Shown in pieces: positions 23,626-35,899 of a DNA stretch of 64,000 nucleotides. The position numbers and the translations under genes were made by a program. The DNA is from Camelus ferus (taxonomy: Eukaryota): contig NC_045714.1 in NCBI RefSeq assembly GCF_009834535.1, positions 11,408,001 to 11,472,000 on the forward strand. Reading direction: 5' to 3'. Under the pieces are notes generated by a model. It was given only the letters and a program-made list of their open reading frames with translations, ran no database searches and was not told where the DNA came from. The stretch's first letter is position 1. The number at the start of each line of letters is the position of its first letter.

Positions 23626-26600
23626 CTTGCCCAAGCTCACACTGGTGGTGGAGGCAGGACCCTAGCCAGGCTCTACAAATATATTCTCATTATTAAAAAA
23701 GAATCCAGTGCAAAGAGGCAGAGTTCCATTTAGCCCACCCCTCAGCATCCTTCCCTCTTCCCAGCAGCAACTATTCTTATTAGCCTGTGTATCTTTCCAG
23801 ACCTTTTTCATGGAGGAGCATACATAAATATATGTGGCTGGGGGGTGCTCAGCCTGTTTTTAAAGTAAAATTTAAATCCCTTTTACAGTGAAAAGCCCAG
23901 CTAATGAAAATTATGTTTCAAAATAGACTGAGGCATTCTTTGTGCTACATACAATGTTTTTGTCTCATTTGCAGTGGAAGAGTCCCTTGTTTCAAAAAAA
24001 AAAAAATACATTATTAAGAGGCCTTACAATACAAACCACATTTTCCAATTCAATAGTGTACAAGGTCAGCCAAGCAAAGACAATGTAAACCAGCCTGGAG
24101 AGTGTATTGCTCAATAATGAAATTTGTTCTGGGGGCAGCACGATCAGTGGGCCTGGGGCGGGGGGGCAGCTGTGGCGCTGCTGAAACCCTAGCCTCCGAA
24201 ATGAACCCCTCCAGTGACTGGGGACCTATTAAAGGATGCTTAAGTGTAGTTTCAGAGATTGCATTTCCTGATTAACAAGGATATACTTTCTTGAAGGGAA
24301 AAATGATTCCATTAATATCCTCCGTTACACTGAATCGGCCCTTGTGCAAGAGGAAAGAAGCTGATAGGACCAGGAAGAGGGTTTCAGGGGCCGGCAGGAG
24401 TGAAGGAAGGGTTTGAAGGGTGCCCATCCGAACTGGCCCCCGAGTTCTGTTTGGACAAGGAAATCAGCCAGACCTACACCTCCAACCCTGATAACCTCAA
24501 ACTCCACCCGAATGTCAGCCTCCCTGGTGGCAGGCCCTAAGCTGGTGGTGCTTTTAGATCATGTCTCCTCCTCCCTGGGGCAAAAGCCCCTTGTCCTTGG
24601 AGGCTCCCCCCACGCTTGTCACCTCCTGGTGGATGTCATCTCCAGACACCGGCTGCTGTTCTTGCCTCGTTGAGGCCGTGGGCCCCACTCCCGCATCTCT
24701 GTCCCCTCTTTGGGGACATCTCCATCATGTGTTCCCCTGGGAGGCTGGTCCCACTTTGGCCTCAGAGCCCCCCAGTTCCTCACTTCCCCCACCTCCTTTA
24801 CTCATCAGGACCCCTTTTGGCTGCACGGTCCCATGAGCAGGCCTGCATTTCTACCAGAGGAAGGAGGGAAGGGGTAGGTGTGCCCATCCTGTTAGTCACA
24901 CATCACTCCTGCTCCCAAGCCGGCGGTCACGCCAGCTGCTGGAGAGAAGCTGCGCCATCTGTGAATGGCCACGCGCCCGGTGGGAGACGGGGGTCCTAGA
25001 GCAGAAAGGAGGGGCTGTGGGTATTGGGAGAGGCCCCCCTGACTGGCCGCGCCCTGGGCTGTGCCTGCCACTGTCAGGAAGGATTTTTCTCCTGCAACAG
25101 CCCTGGCCCTTTGGTTTGTCTGTCTCTTGTGCTGCAGCCTTGACCTCGGTGATTTGGTTTCTCAAGCACCAGCCTCCGCACCTGCTGAGTGCCCTGTTCA
25201 GTTTCCTCCCGTCCCGGATCTTCGCGAGGCGGCCCCCTTTTCATCTTTTACGTGTGAGCTTCCGTGTCAGCTCCTTGGAGGGGCCTTCCGGGGACACCTC
25301 CTCTGGCAGCCCCACCTCCCCAGGCACTATCTTTTCTTCATCTCATAGTGTCATTGCCGTCAGTCATTTTCTCATTTATTTATTTGTTTTCTTATTTATT
25401 GTCTGTGCTCCCCCACCCCCAAGCCCACCACCCAGTGAGAATGAAAGCCCCACGAGGGCCCCACCAGGCTTATTTTGTTCATTATCCTGTCCCAGGGTGT
25501 AGAGCAGTACCTGGCACATCGTCGGCACCCAGTGAATGCCCCTTGAAGAACTGAGTACTTGAATGAAGAAATATTTCCATCATTGAGTTGAAGCTATAGG
25601 AAGTTATCTAAAAACACAGTAAATGCATGCTCATTCATTTGGTTCTTCTAAATTAGAATTTGGAGGAGAGAGAAAGAAGTTTGTCTTTGTACTTAAGTGG
25701 GATAAAAAAAAAAGAAAAGAACTTTCTGAGCAAATTATCTATGTAAACAGGGAATATGTTTTGCCCTCTTATAATGAACTCCAGCAGCTCTGGCCTCAAA
25801 CAGTCTGAGAAGCTCTCTGGTGATGAATATGCAAATTCCAAGGGATTCCACGTTCTCGTTGAAGCCCTTACAGGATTCTGGAGTCTCAAGGTCCTAACTT
25901 CTCTTCCCTGTGCCCGTCTGCAGCAGTAATGGATGCCCAGGGTGGGGCTGGGCTTAGCTCTGCACGTGTAACCTGGAACTCCGACTTTTCAGGCAGCCAG
26001 GCTGCCCCCGCCTGCGGCGCAAAGAGGTACATCTCTGAACGGCCCCAAACAGGCACTGGCAACCCCTGAAAGCTTGGGGTAGGCTTTGCTAGGAAAAGGC
26101 AACTGGTCACTCAGTCCCAAGGTTAGCACCCTCTCTGAGGTCTCCATGGTTACCTTAAGTCGGCCCCCTGCAAAAGACAGTTGAAGTGCAAAAGTCTTGT
26201 AAGACTTAGAAGACCGTAGAAGAAAGAGTACGTCCACACATCAGTTTTAAAAGCCCAGACTCTCTCCCTCCTCGGCAAGTCAGTTTTCATGTCAGCGACC
26301 GCGGGGTGCTGTTGAGGAAGTGGAGCCCGTCAGAATTTGGTTAAGGCTGATGAGCCAAACAGTAGACTTCAGTTTCAAACTATCTAGAAACCACACCCCA
26401 CCACCAAAAACACATGTTAAAACAACTGTAATTGTACATTTCAAAGAACAAGTAATTTTGTTTTACTGTGGTCACCGGTAATTCCAAGCTAAATACATCT
26501 ATGTCTTGTGCACTGTTTTTATGCACATTTTTGGGAAAGAGTACGGTCGGGTGTGAGCTATAGATTTGCTTCCCCTTTTCTGTATAATTTAATATTGAGG

Positions 26601-27848
26601 CTTGGGGAGGGCAGCTCAGATTTTGTAATGGCCGCAGAGCTCTGGGGACAGCTCTTTGCCGGGCCCCAGACTCATGCCCCAGGCGGAGGGGAGGCACCGG
26701 GGTTCACAAGTCCTCCAGGGTTACAGTCAGGAAGGGAAACTGCTGTGAGCAGGAAATGGGAGCGTGGACCCGAGGCAGGCAAACACGGCACTTGTCCACT
26801 GCAGGTTTGCTTCAAGCAGGACAGGACTTGAGAAGGGGGCGGGGGAACAAGGAGTCCTCAGGGCAAAGCCTCCACTGCTAATGGGAGCAGCAGGCAGCAC
26901 CTCACCGTCCCTGGCTCCTCTGTGTGGTGGACCGTGGGTCTCCCGGCCCCTGGGCTCACTGTGTTGAGACTGTTCGTATCCCAAGGCCCCCAGGGAGCAG
27001 TGCGTCCTGGGCTTACTGGGTCTGGTACCCCACCTGCTGTGAACGAGTCCTGAGCGACCGAGAGCCCACCAGGCTGCCGTCTTCCCAGGTCTCTGCCTCT
27101 TCAGGAGCATCCTGGTCCAGTGGCCTCCATCCTCTCAGGTGTGGAATGGTGATAACAGCAATACCCAAATCACAAGGCAGTTGTAAAGAAATAATAGAGT
27201 GCTCCCTCAGTGCTTAACAAAAGCAGGTGCCCAGTGGACGTTGGCTACTGCTGACACTGAGCCATCCATAGCTGTGGTCTGGCCTTAGTCATCCATCTGG
27301 GACTCCAGTTCCCTCTTCTGAAGTCCTGTCTACTTGACTGGAGACAGGGCATCTTTGGCAACCCCCTCTCCTTGCAGCAGGGAGGGTGCAGGATCCTGTC
27401 TAAATGCGTGAATGGTTGGGACACTGCTGTTCCTCGAATCAATACCCAGGAACACCAGCCTGCCTAGGACTGTCTCTACCGCCCAGGAGAGCTGGTGCCG
27501 TTTGGGGCTGAGCCCACTTCTGACACCAGGACCCAACCCTGCAGCCAGGTCAGATTTCACAAGCCTCAGCCAGCCTCCATCACTTCTCTGACCAGCCTCT
27601 TCTTGAGATCCTAGCAAACCTGGGGGAGTGCAAGTCTGGGAGACTGCAGACCCAGCCCCTTTCCTTGGAACTCCCAGCCCCAGATGGAATTGATCCTATA
27701 GGAAGTACAAAGGATTTGTACGTAGAAGGGAAAGAAAAAGATACATAAAGACAAAGAGAGAAATCAGCCACAATCCCACCTCTCGGAGATAACCACTCAT
27801 TCATATGTTTTCTTCTTCTTTTTTTTTTTAAATAAGAATGCCTCTCTC

Positions 27849-28103
27849 GGGGGAGGGCATGGCTCAAATGGTAGAGCACATGCTTACCATGCACAAGGTC
27901 CTGGGTTCAATCCCCAGCACCCCTTCTAAGAATAAATAAATAAGTAAACCTAATTACCCCACCTCAAAAAAATGAACAAATTAAAAAAAAATGAACTCGA
28001 GTACAAACAACAGCATAGGTGAATTCCTCAGCATAATACTAAGTGAAAAAAAAACAATTCGCAGAAAACTGCATAGAATAGGATACAGTTTATATATATA
28101 TAA
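27849..28103 (+). mobile_element. tRNA-Ala-derived SINE (vic-1 type) with 3' extension
   Basis: ggggagggcatggctcaaatggtagagcacatgcttaccatgcacaaggtcctgggttcaatccccagcacc with A box (tggctcaaatgg) and B box (ggttcaatcc). Perfect 15-bp TSD aagaatgcctctctc at 27834-27848 and 28104-28118. Confidence 0.92.
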
Positions 28104-28454
28104 AAGAATGCCTCTCTCCACCATGAAAACATAATTGAGATCAAATTTACATACACTGGGTTTCTGTTTCAACATTATGCCAGAAGTACCTTCCCATCAT
28201 CCAACATTTTTTGGATATAGAATTTTTTATGGATGCATAATTGTCTCAAAGTTTATTTAAGTCATTGCCTAATGTCGAATATTTAGGCTTTGGTCTCCTG
28301 GCCTCGCCCCTCCCAGGTCCCTGGGTCTGGCTCAGTCCTGTCCCACCCACCTCTCAATTGTAGGCTGATCCCATGACTTCTTGAACCTCCTCTTCCCAGA
28401 AATGCCTGGTGCCAACCCACCCACCAGAGCGGGCCCTTCAGATGCAACACGAGA

Positions 28455-28840
28455 TGTTATGGGCTAACCGCATCCCCCCAAAGCCATGTTCAGGTCCTCA
28501 CCTCCAGCACCGGAGAATGCGGCTTTTTTTAATTTCTAGAAACAGCGCCGTTACAGATGCAAATCGTTCAGATGAGGTCATATTGGAGAAGAATGGGCCC
28601 CAATCTAAGATGCCTGGTCTCCTTACAGGAAGAGGAGGAGAGGCGCAGACACACAGGGAGAAGACAGCCATGTGAGGCCAGAGGCGGAGGTGGGAGTGAC
28701 GCATTTAAACTCAGGGCGCGCCGAGGACTGCCTGCAAACACCAGAAGCCACGAGAGGCAAGGAGCAGGTCTCCCTTGCATGTTTCAGAGAAAGCGTGGCC
28801 TGTTGACACCTGGATTTCAGGTTTCCATGTACAGTAGCCC
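28455..28840 (+). mobile_element. MLT1C/D-like solo LTR
   Basis: Starts tgttatgggctaa; contains ttcagatgaggtcatattggag, cacacagggagaagacagccatgtgaggccagaggcggag, caccagaagc, gacacctggatttcag. Confidence 0.82.
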
Positions 28841-31399
28841 CCGGACATAAACAGGCTTTCCAAATCCCTCCTTCCTGAAGCCCACGGCACCATCCCAACC
28901 CACCAGATGGGCACTTGGGGTACATCACCAGGCGAAGGCAACACAAGCTCCTTCACATAGGAAGCGGGAATCTGGGCATCTGACTCCCGTCCCTTACTCT
29001 GCACCCCCGTCCTCCTCTGATTCTGTCCAACCACCTTTTCTGACCCTTCCTCCCCCTGGACCCCTGAAGTCCCAAAATGCCCTGCAGCCACCCCTAAGAA
29101 GCAATGCGGCATAGTCCCAGGACTGGGACCTGCAAGGCAGTGTCCTGTCACGTTAATAGTGACGGGGGGACATCACCAAGCCCTTGTTCTACGCCTGACA
29201 CTGTGCCAAGCTTCTCACGTGGACGCTAACACCTACTTCTCACAGCAGCCCCTCGGGCAGGCGTCAATCCACAAAGGAGGAGACTGAGTCTCAGAGGGAC
29301 TAAGTAATTCTCAAGTCAGTGCGGCCACTGGAATTTGAATGTGGGCAGTTGAGTTCCAGAGCCCAGCCAGCGCTGCCATCTGTGCAGATGGGCAGTTAGG
29401 ATCCTTCCCTCTTCAACAACCCTCAGATTAATGTTTAATTGGGGATTTAAAAACTGTTCTTGTTAGCATGCCTGTGGTCTCTGCACTGCGATCTTTCCCG
29501 TTAGGTCGTGTTATGTAAACTGTCGGCCCAGACGCCTCAGAGCCTGCGTGTCTCCCAGTACCCAGACTTTGCCCTAAACCCTGGTTCTTTCAAACAGGCA
29601 GCAAGGCAGGGTGATCCTTGCCTGAACTTTGAGCTGAACAGCCCCAGAAGGGGATGGTTGAGGCATGAAACTCAGTGGCCCACAAATCTCAGCCCCTGCA
29701 CTTGCCGGCTGGATGACCGTGGGCTTGTGGTCTTGCTTCCGTATTCTATACAAAGCGGTGCCCTGATCACATAGGAGGTCACAGAGTCAAACGGGGTACC
29801 GTGTACGATGCACTTAGCACTGTTCTTGGGCTGTGTGTCTCTCTCAGAGGAATGTCAGCCTCTCTCTTGCTTACATCCCCCACATGTGGTCATTTATGGG
29901 AAGGAGATCTGGCCATCTCTTCCCCTCTTGGGTAAAAATGCACATTTAGCTTAAAACCCACGTGCCAGAGCACGGGTTTCACTGGAGTAAGTGTGAAAGA
30001 GATGAGGACAGTAGATTCTCTTTTAGGAAGCCTAGGTGAACACACAGCAAGCTGGGGAAATATCCCGGGGACAGCTACTTTTCTATATATAAAGAGCACT
30101 AACAAATCAATAAGAAAAGATTTTTTTAAGACTGATGTAAAAATGGGCAAACAATATGACCTCATAGCTCAAAGGAAAATCAATAAAAGAGATACTACGA
30201 ATAGACATTCCTTTTTGCTCATAATTAGAGGAATGCGCTTTTAAACAACCAAGCAGCACCACTGGCAAGATTTTTAAAGAACGACAATGATGAGGGTCGG
30301 TGAAGATGTGGAAAACGGGCACTGTCATTGGCCATCCATGGGCGTGTCGAGTGGTGCACCCTATTTGGAAGGAAGGCCAGTGAAAGAATCCTCAACACAC
30401 ACATTTTGCTGCAGCAATTCCACTGCTTGGAATTTACACCCAAATCTGCAGGTGAAGGAGAAGATGGGGGCATGGAACAGTGTTTTAAGCAGAAGGAACA
30501 GCATGTATGTGTGTGGAGGCTGTACTGGAGAAGGCATGGTGGACAGGTGGACAGAATTTCGTGTGACTGTTACCTGGTGGTGGCTGGTGACACCTTCTCT
30601 GAGGAGGAAGAAGGCTTATCTGTGAAGTGTGTGGGGAGGAGGGTCTGATGGGAACCGAGGGGTACTGGCAAGGGTGGAAGAGAAGGAAGAAGGAGCAAGA
30701 AGGAGGGAGAGAGGGTATGAACATGGTCAAGCTGGACGGAGAGTCTGGCTGGGACTGAGCCCCGTGAATCATAAGTGAGTCCAGTCCAGTTGGTGGACTT
30801 TCTTACATTCTGCATCTTGACAGCATGTAAGTGTTTTAAATCTCAAAATGCCCCTTGAAAGTGGCTGATGGCCTTGATTAGATGTGAAGGGTGATACTGA
30901 GAGAAGAGAAGAGGTGAAAGGAGCCAGAGTAGCTTCCTGGAGGGGGGGCAGGGGCGAGGCGGCAGGTCCCACCCTGCTCCCCCTCCCAGGGCTGCTGTAA
31001 GGTGGGGACAAGGGCAGAGCCTGCCTCAAGGGCTGCGGCCGGGGCGGCACTGAGCCCGAGCCTGTCAGACCCCTTGGACGCTGCTGAGTGTGGCCTGACA
31101 CTATTACCAGCATTCCTCCTGGGCATTGAATTTGAGGGGGATGTGGGGGCCAAAATGACAGGTGACTGCATGTGTCCTGGTGTCGGGAGGTAGGCGCGAC
31201 TCCTCAGAATCAGAAACTTTCAGGGCTGGAAGCCAATCCAGGGAACTCCCTCGCTAGTGCTACCCACCATCATCCAGTTTGTTCTTAGTTGCCTCCAGTG
31301 GTGGGGAGTTCACTACTTCTAGAAGCATCCTGGTCCTGCCCCCTGAAAACCCTTCAGTGGACCCTCCATCGCCCTTGACATAAAGTCTGACTCCTCCTG

Positions 31400-31730
31400 A
31401 GGCCCTGTGGCCCTCCATGACTGAGCCCCTGCGAACCTCTGCCCTCATCCACCCCTCACTCCCTCACTCTCTCACTCTCCCCTCACCAGTCTCACTGGCC
31501 TTCTCCCAGGTCCCTGAACACATCACTGTTTTCTTTCGCACCCAGGCCTTTGCACGCTGGTCCCTCTCCCTGGCTGTCCCTCCTCCTCCTCCATCCTTTG
31601 TGAAGGTTCAGCTTACGTCCCCTTTGCAGGCAGGCCTTCCTTCCCCGCCCCCGGCTCAGGCCAGCGGCTCCAGACGCGTTCTGTGGAGTGTTCGTCACTC
31701 TTGTAATTATCTGCTCATTGAATATGTCAC
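31400..31730 (+). mobile_element. L2 fragment
   Basis: caggcctttgcacgctggtccctctccctggctgtccc ... gttcagcttacgtcccc ... ttgtaattatctgctcatt resembles the L2 3' region. Confidence 0.55.
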
Positions 31731-33836
31731 TCACGGATCAGAAACTCACTTGGGCCCTGTCTGCTAGACAATTCTCCCCGTTACCAAGCTCACCGACCCC
31801 AGCAGTGAGGGCGGCCACCCTCCCACTTCATAGATCGGGAGACGGAGGAGGACCACTGGGGCTGGAGGAGGGTTATAGGAGACGGTGTACCACGAGGGCC
31901 GACGCTGGCTCGCAAAACAGGAACAATGACTAATGTTGTTGCTGTTGTCGGCGATCTTGAGGACACACAGAACCTCAGAGTGAGAAGAAAATGCAGCACC
32001 CACCCAAAGGAGACAGCCAGGAAGTGACTGGCCCAGGCTCAGGGGAGAGCAGGGACTTGCCCCTTTCTTCCCCAGGTCTGGAGAGTTGAGTGCAGGGTCC
32101 CGCTCTTGGCAGTAACGGCGGGAAGGCTTCGATAGGTTCTTGGTGTCAAGGTCTGACCCCACCTCATCTCCTTTGCTGCTCCTAGCAGCCCTTGAGCGCG
32201 GAGCCACCACTGTTTCCAGCTCACTGATGGGGACATAGGGGACAGAACAGGAAGGTGATAAAGCTTGGGTGGGACCCAGGTCTGAGGATCCCACGCCGTT
32301 GCTCTCAAGCTCTCCATAGCAGGCAAAACACGTGTTAGACTCAGCCATGCCCAGCTGACCTCCCAGAGCCCTGGTGGAGGTCCCGGGAGGGCACCAGCCC
32401 TGCCTCTGCAGTGCCCCAGTGCCCGCAGGACCCCTGGTTGCCCTCCCCGCCAGGAGATCTGGCGTCCTCCGGGACATTCTGCTCTCTGTGACGCCTTCAC
32501 GGCCCACTCCTGCTGTGTGTTCACAGGTCTTGTGTGTTTCCTGCATCTGGGTCTTTCAGAAACTTCCTGAATACCCAAGGGGCCAGGGCACTGGCTCTGT
32601 ACAAAGGGCTTCAGAAAGCCATTCTGGCTGGAAGAACAATCACACCAGCCCCTGCTCCTCCCGGCCACAACTCAAGGCCACCCCCAGCGCCAACTTCAGA
32701 ACTTAGCTCCTTCCCTGGAGTCCCCCTAGCGCAGCTTCGCTGCCCTCAAGTTCAAATTGATCTCAGCCGCCTGCCTGCTTTTGCACTGGGCTGTTGATCC
32801 TCATTTTCCAGACTGGCCTTGGCAGCCAAGTGCTGTATCTTGGAAGTTTGATCAGGAAGCTCATTCCTGATCCAACTGCCAAGCTTGGAAGCTCCTTCTG
32901 GCTTCAAGCTTTCATGAACATAGTGAGCTTTCAATATACTGCCCAAGTACTTCTTCACGTGTCGCTGTTCGCTAGTTTGCCATCCAGACGGTTTTGGAAT
33001 CGAGGAAGCCGCTGCATTTGCCTTGAGCTGGTGATTTTGCATTTGGAGATTGCAGCCTCGGTCAGGAGTGAAACGGCTGGCCATGATGATCCGTCTACAG
33101 CGTGTGCCCCGCAAAGTGGCGAGAGGAAGTCTCCGTTCAGGATTTTCCTTTGTTTTGAGTAACTAACACAATTATCGATCTCCATTCACATTTGATTTTT
33201 GGACGAGCGTGCTTAAGTTAATTTCCTCACCACTTTTATTCTCAGTTTGGAAACAGAGCCCCACGCCAACCACCAATTCATTATGGAGTAGCCTGTGATT
33301 TTGTCCTAGTTAATCTGTCTCTAAATGATAACTTGCCATTGCAAAGTATATGTCTAGAGATAAAAGCAGGACTGAAATGAGAAAAAAAAAATACAAACGA
33401 GAGAAAAAAAAAAAAAGAGGCTGTGGTTTCTCTTTTTCCCCCTCCAGCATAAATTGTTGAGTAAGGAGATTTTTAAAAGCCAGAAGTTTCTGTGGAGCAG
33501 ACCACAGCTGGAGGCCAAGCACTGGCACGGAACACATCTGGCGTGGCCTGGGTTTGAGGCAGGTTTGCTGCCGTGGGTAACTAACCATGCTCACCCACAG
33601 CCTGGCTCTGGTCAGCCCCAAAGAGGACCTTTGCAGACATGAGACGGAGGGAGAACAAATGGGAAAAAATCAACGTCCAAATTAGAAATGACCTAAATGG
33701 TTCTGTTTTTCTTGGGGCCCTGCTGTGCCTTTGATTTCCTGATTGCTCGGAGCAAGAATAACAAAATCCATCCGAGGCGGTGCTCTTTGACAGATTCAAC
33801 TGAAAAGGCTACCAGTTGAATGTGATGTATCCATCC

Positions 33837-34043
33837 CAGTGGGTCTCAATCGGGGACAGTTTTGGTCCCCAGGGGACATTTGACTGCATCTGGAGATGTT
33901 TTTGGTTGTCACATCTGGGAGGTGTTGCTACAGGCATGTGGTAGGCAGAGGCCGGAGATGCTGCTGGGCGTGTTGCAGGGCCCAGGACAGCTGTCTCTTG
34001 GCAGAGGGGGACCTGGACCACAGCATCACGAATGCTGAGGTTG
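33837..34043 (+). mobile_element. MER20 (hAT-Charlie)
   Basis: cagtgggtctcaatcggggacagttttggtccccaggggacatttgactgcatctggagatgtttttggttgtcaca. Confidence 0.85.
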
Positions 34044-35139
34044 TGTGTGTGTGCGTGTGTGTCTTAATGTGAACCCGCGTGGGGGGGCCACGCCACACTA
34101 AGGTCTCCTGAGCCTGAAGCTGTGAAGTCCAGGCTTGCCTCAGTGTGGGGACTGAAATTATTCAAGTATCTGAAGGATTAACGGGGTTCTGTTTCCTTTC
34201 ACTCAAGCAAAAGGATCTTGTCGCCTGGTGATGCAGCCCGTGGTGAAAAGGACTTTTGAGAAAAGGCTCAGTGGAAAATGGTGCCTGGCTTAGAGCAGGG
34301 AACTTTGAAGGCAGCCCCAGGGGGACTGTCGCCCTTGCTAACGTCTGTGTCTGACTCAAGGGCCGGCGGGCTCCGCGGTGGCCGCCTCCGCGTGCCTGGG
34401 CCCGCCGGGCGCTCTTGGCTTCTCTCCGGTGGAATCTGTCTGACTGGCGGTGGCGAAAGGTCAGCAAGGAGCGAAGCAGCGGGACTCCGGAGGGAGAGCC
34501 GCGAGGCTACACTTGCAGTGATTTTATTGGCATGACAGAAGCTCGGGGCCTGCCAAGGACAACAGCCCTGTGCTGTGACCAAGGCTGCAGGTTTCTGGGG
34601 TAATCGGTCCCTCCGCTCTGGACTGTCCAGTTCCCACGGGAGGGAAGAGCCCGGGGAGGAGGTGGAGGACTGGCGAAGACACACGTTCTGTTCCTCCTTC
34701 TCCCTGTCCCAGCTCCGTGCCCAAAGGGAAAGTTTACGGAGTCTTTTCTCAGCACCCCTCCACACACCCACTCCCTTTCCTGGCCCTCCCTCACCCATGC
34801 ACAGGGCTGCCAAGGCTGAGTTTTGCATCGATGGAGGACTCCGTGGTGGTGGCTAGCTGTGTGACCTGTCACCCCAGCCCTGTGATAAATGTCCCCTTTC
34901 AGTGGATGTATCTCCAACTCTTCAAACTGCTAACATACCCTCCCTCAGACCTTCCTTCAGACCCCTTTCATCTCTTCTCCAAATACCTTGCTTAGAAATT
35001 CGCAGTTGGAAAGACGACGGTGATTAAAGGGCCCCGAGGCAGACCTGACTTTGCTTCTCGTCCGCAAATGGAGTAAAGCGTGCCCGGCGGGACCTGGCGC
35101 CTCGGTGTGGGGCCGTGCGCTGGGTGCTTCTCCTGCCCT

Positions 35140-35325
35140 CCTTCTTGTAATCCTCACAATAATCCCAGGCAGAGAAGAGGATTTGCTGAGCCCATTTGGC
35201 AGATGAGAAAGCTGAGGTTCAGAGAGCAGATGGAGATGCCTGTCCAAGGCCACACAGGTTGATACGAAGCTGAGCTGGGCTTCTGAGCCAGGTAGTCTGA
35301 CTTCAAGGCCAGAATTCCTAACCCT
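35140..35325 (-). mobile_element. MIR SINE
   Basis: taatcctcacaataatcc ... cccatttggcagatgagaaagctgaggttcagagag ... tccaaggccacacag ... gtctgacttcaaggcc is the MIR core. Confidence 0.75.
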
Positions 35326-35899
35326 TCACAATGTGAGGCTGCCTGTGGGTGAGCCTGGGGCTGGGAACACTTCCACGACTATGGTTCTTATTGTCATTTT
35401 TGCCAGTGGTGGCACACTGTGGTCAGCTGGCATTTGGAAAGAGTTTTGTTCACTCCCACCCCCTGAGAAGAGCCAGGAGGAGAGCAGTTGGTCCTGGAAA
35501 AGGCACTGTCACCTCTACCAGGGGTCCTGTGGTCCCTTGCCTCCCCACCCCAGGCCTGCTGGGCACTAGCCGCAGCCCAGGGTCATCGTACCCTCTCCTA
35601 ACTTCTTCCCCAGCTCTGCAGCAAGACAGAAGCTCTGAGGACCAACAGACCTAGGGTTCAGTGGGCAAGACCAGATTCCGCAGCACTGGTCTGAGTGACC
35701 TGGGGCTTGTACCATGTCACGGGGGCTCAGTGGGCCTGGGAGCCTCCTGCATCTTTTTGGAGGTCCCAGCCCCTCGGGGTCTGGCACCAGGAGCTGCTTC
35801 GAGTACCTGGAGGTCAGACTGCATTGAGTGTGTGGTGCAGGGCATGGTGACCGGCACCCCTGCATAGGACCCAAGAGGAACCTGGAGTCACGGCAGGTG

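Noticed and set aside
27849-27925. tRNA-Ala-like heads (also ~9590-9662 and ~41452-41525) as real tRNA genes
   Set aside because: Each continues into a SINE tail, is flanked by a TSD and has mismatches disrupting the acceptor stem.
31764-32546. 260-aa minus-strand ORF, with an overlapping 209-aa ORF at 32039..32668
   Set aside because: GC-rich DNA partly overlapping MIR/L2-like sequence; several frames are open; no recognisable homology, including to APCDD1L exon 2.
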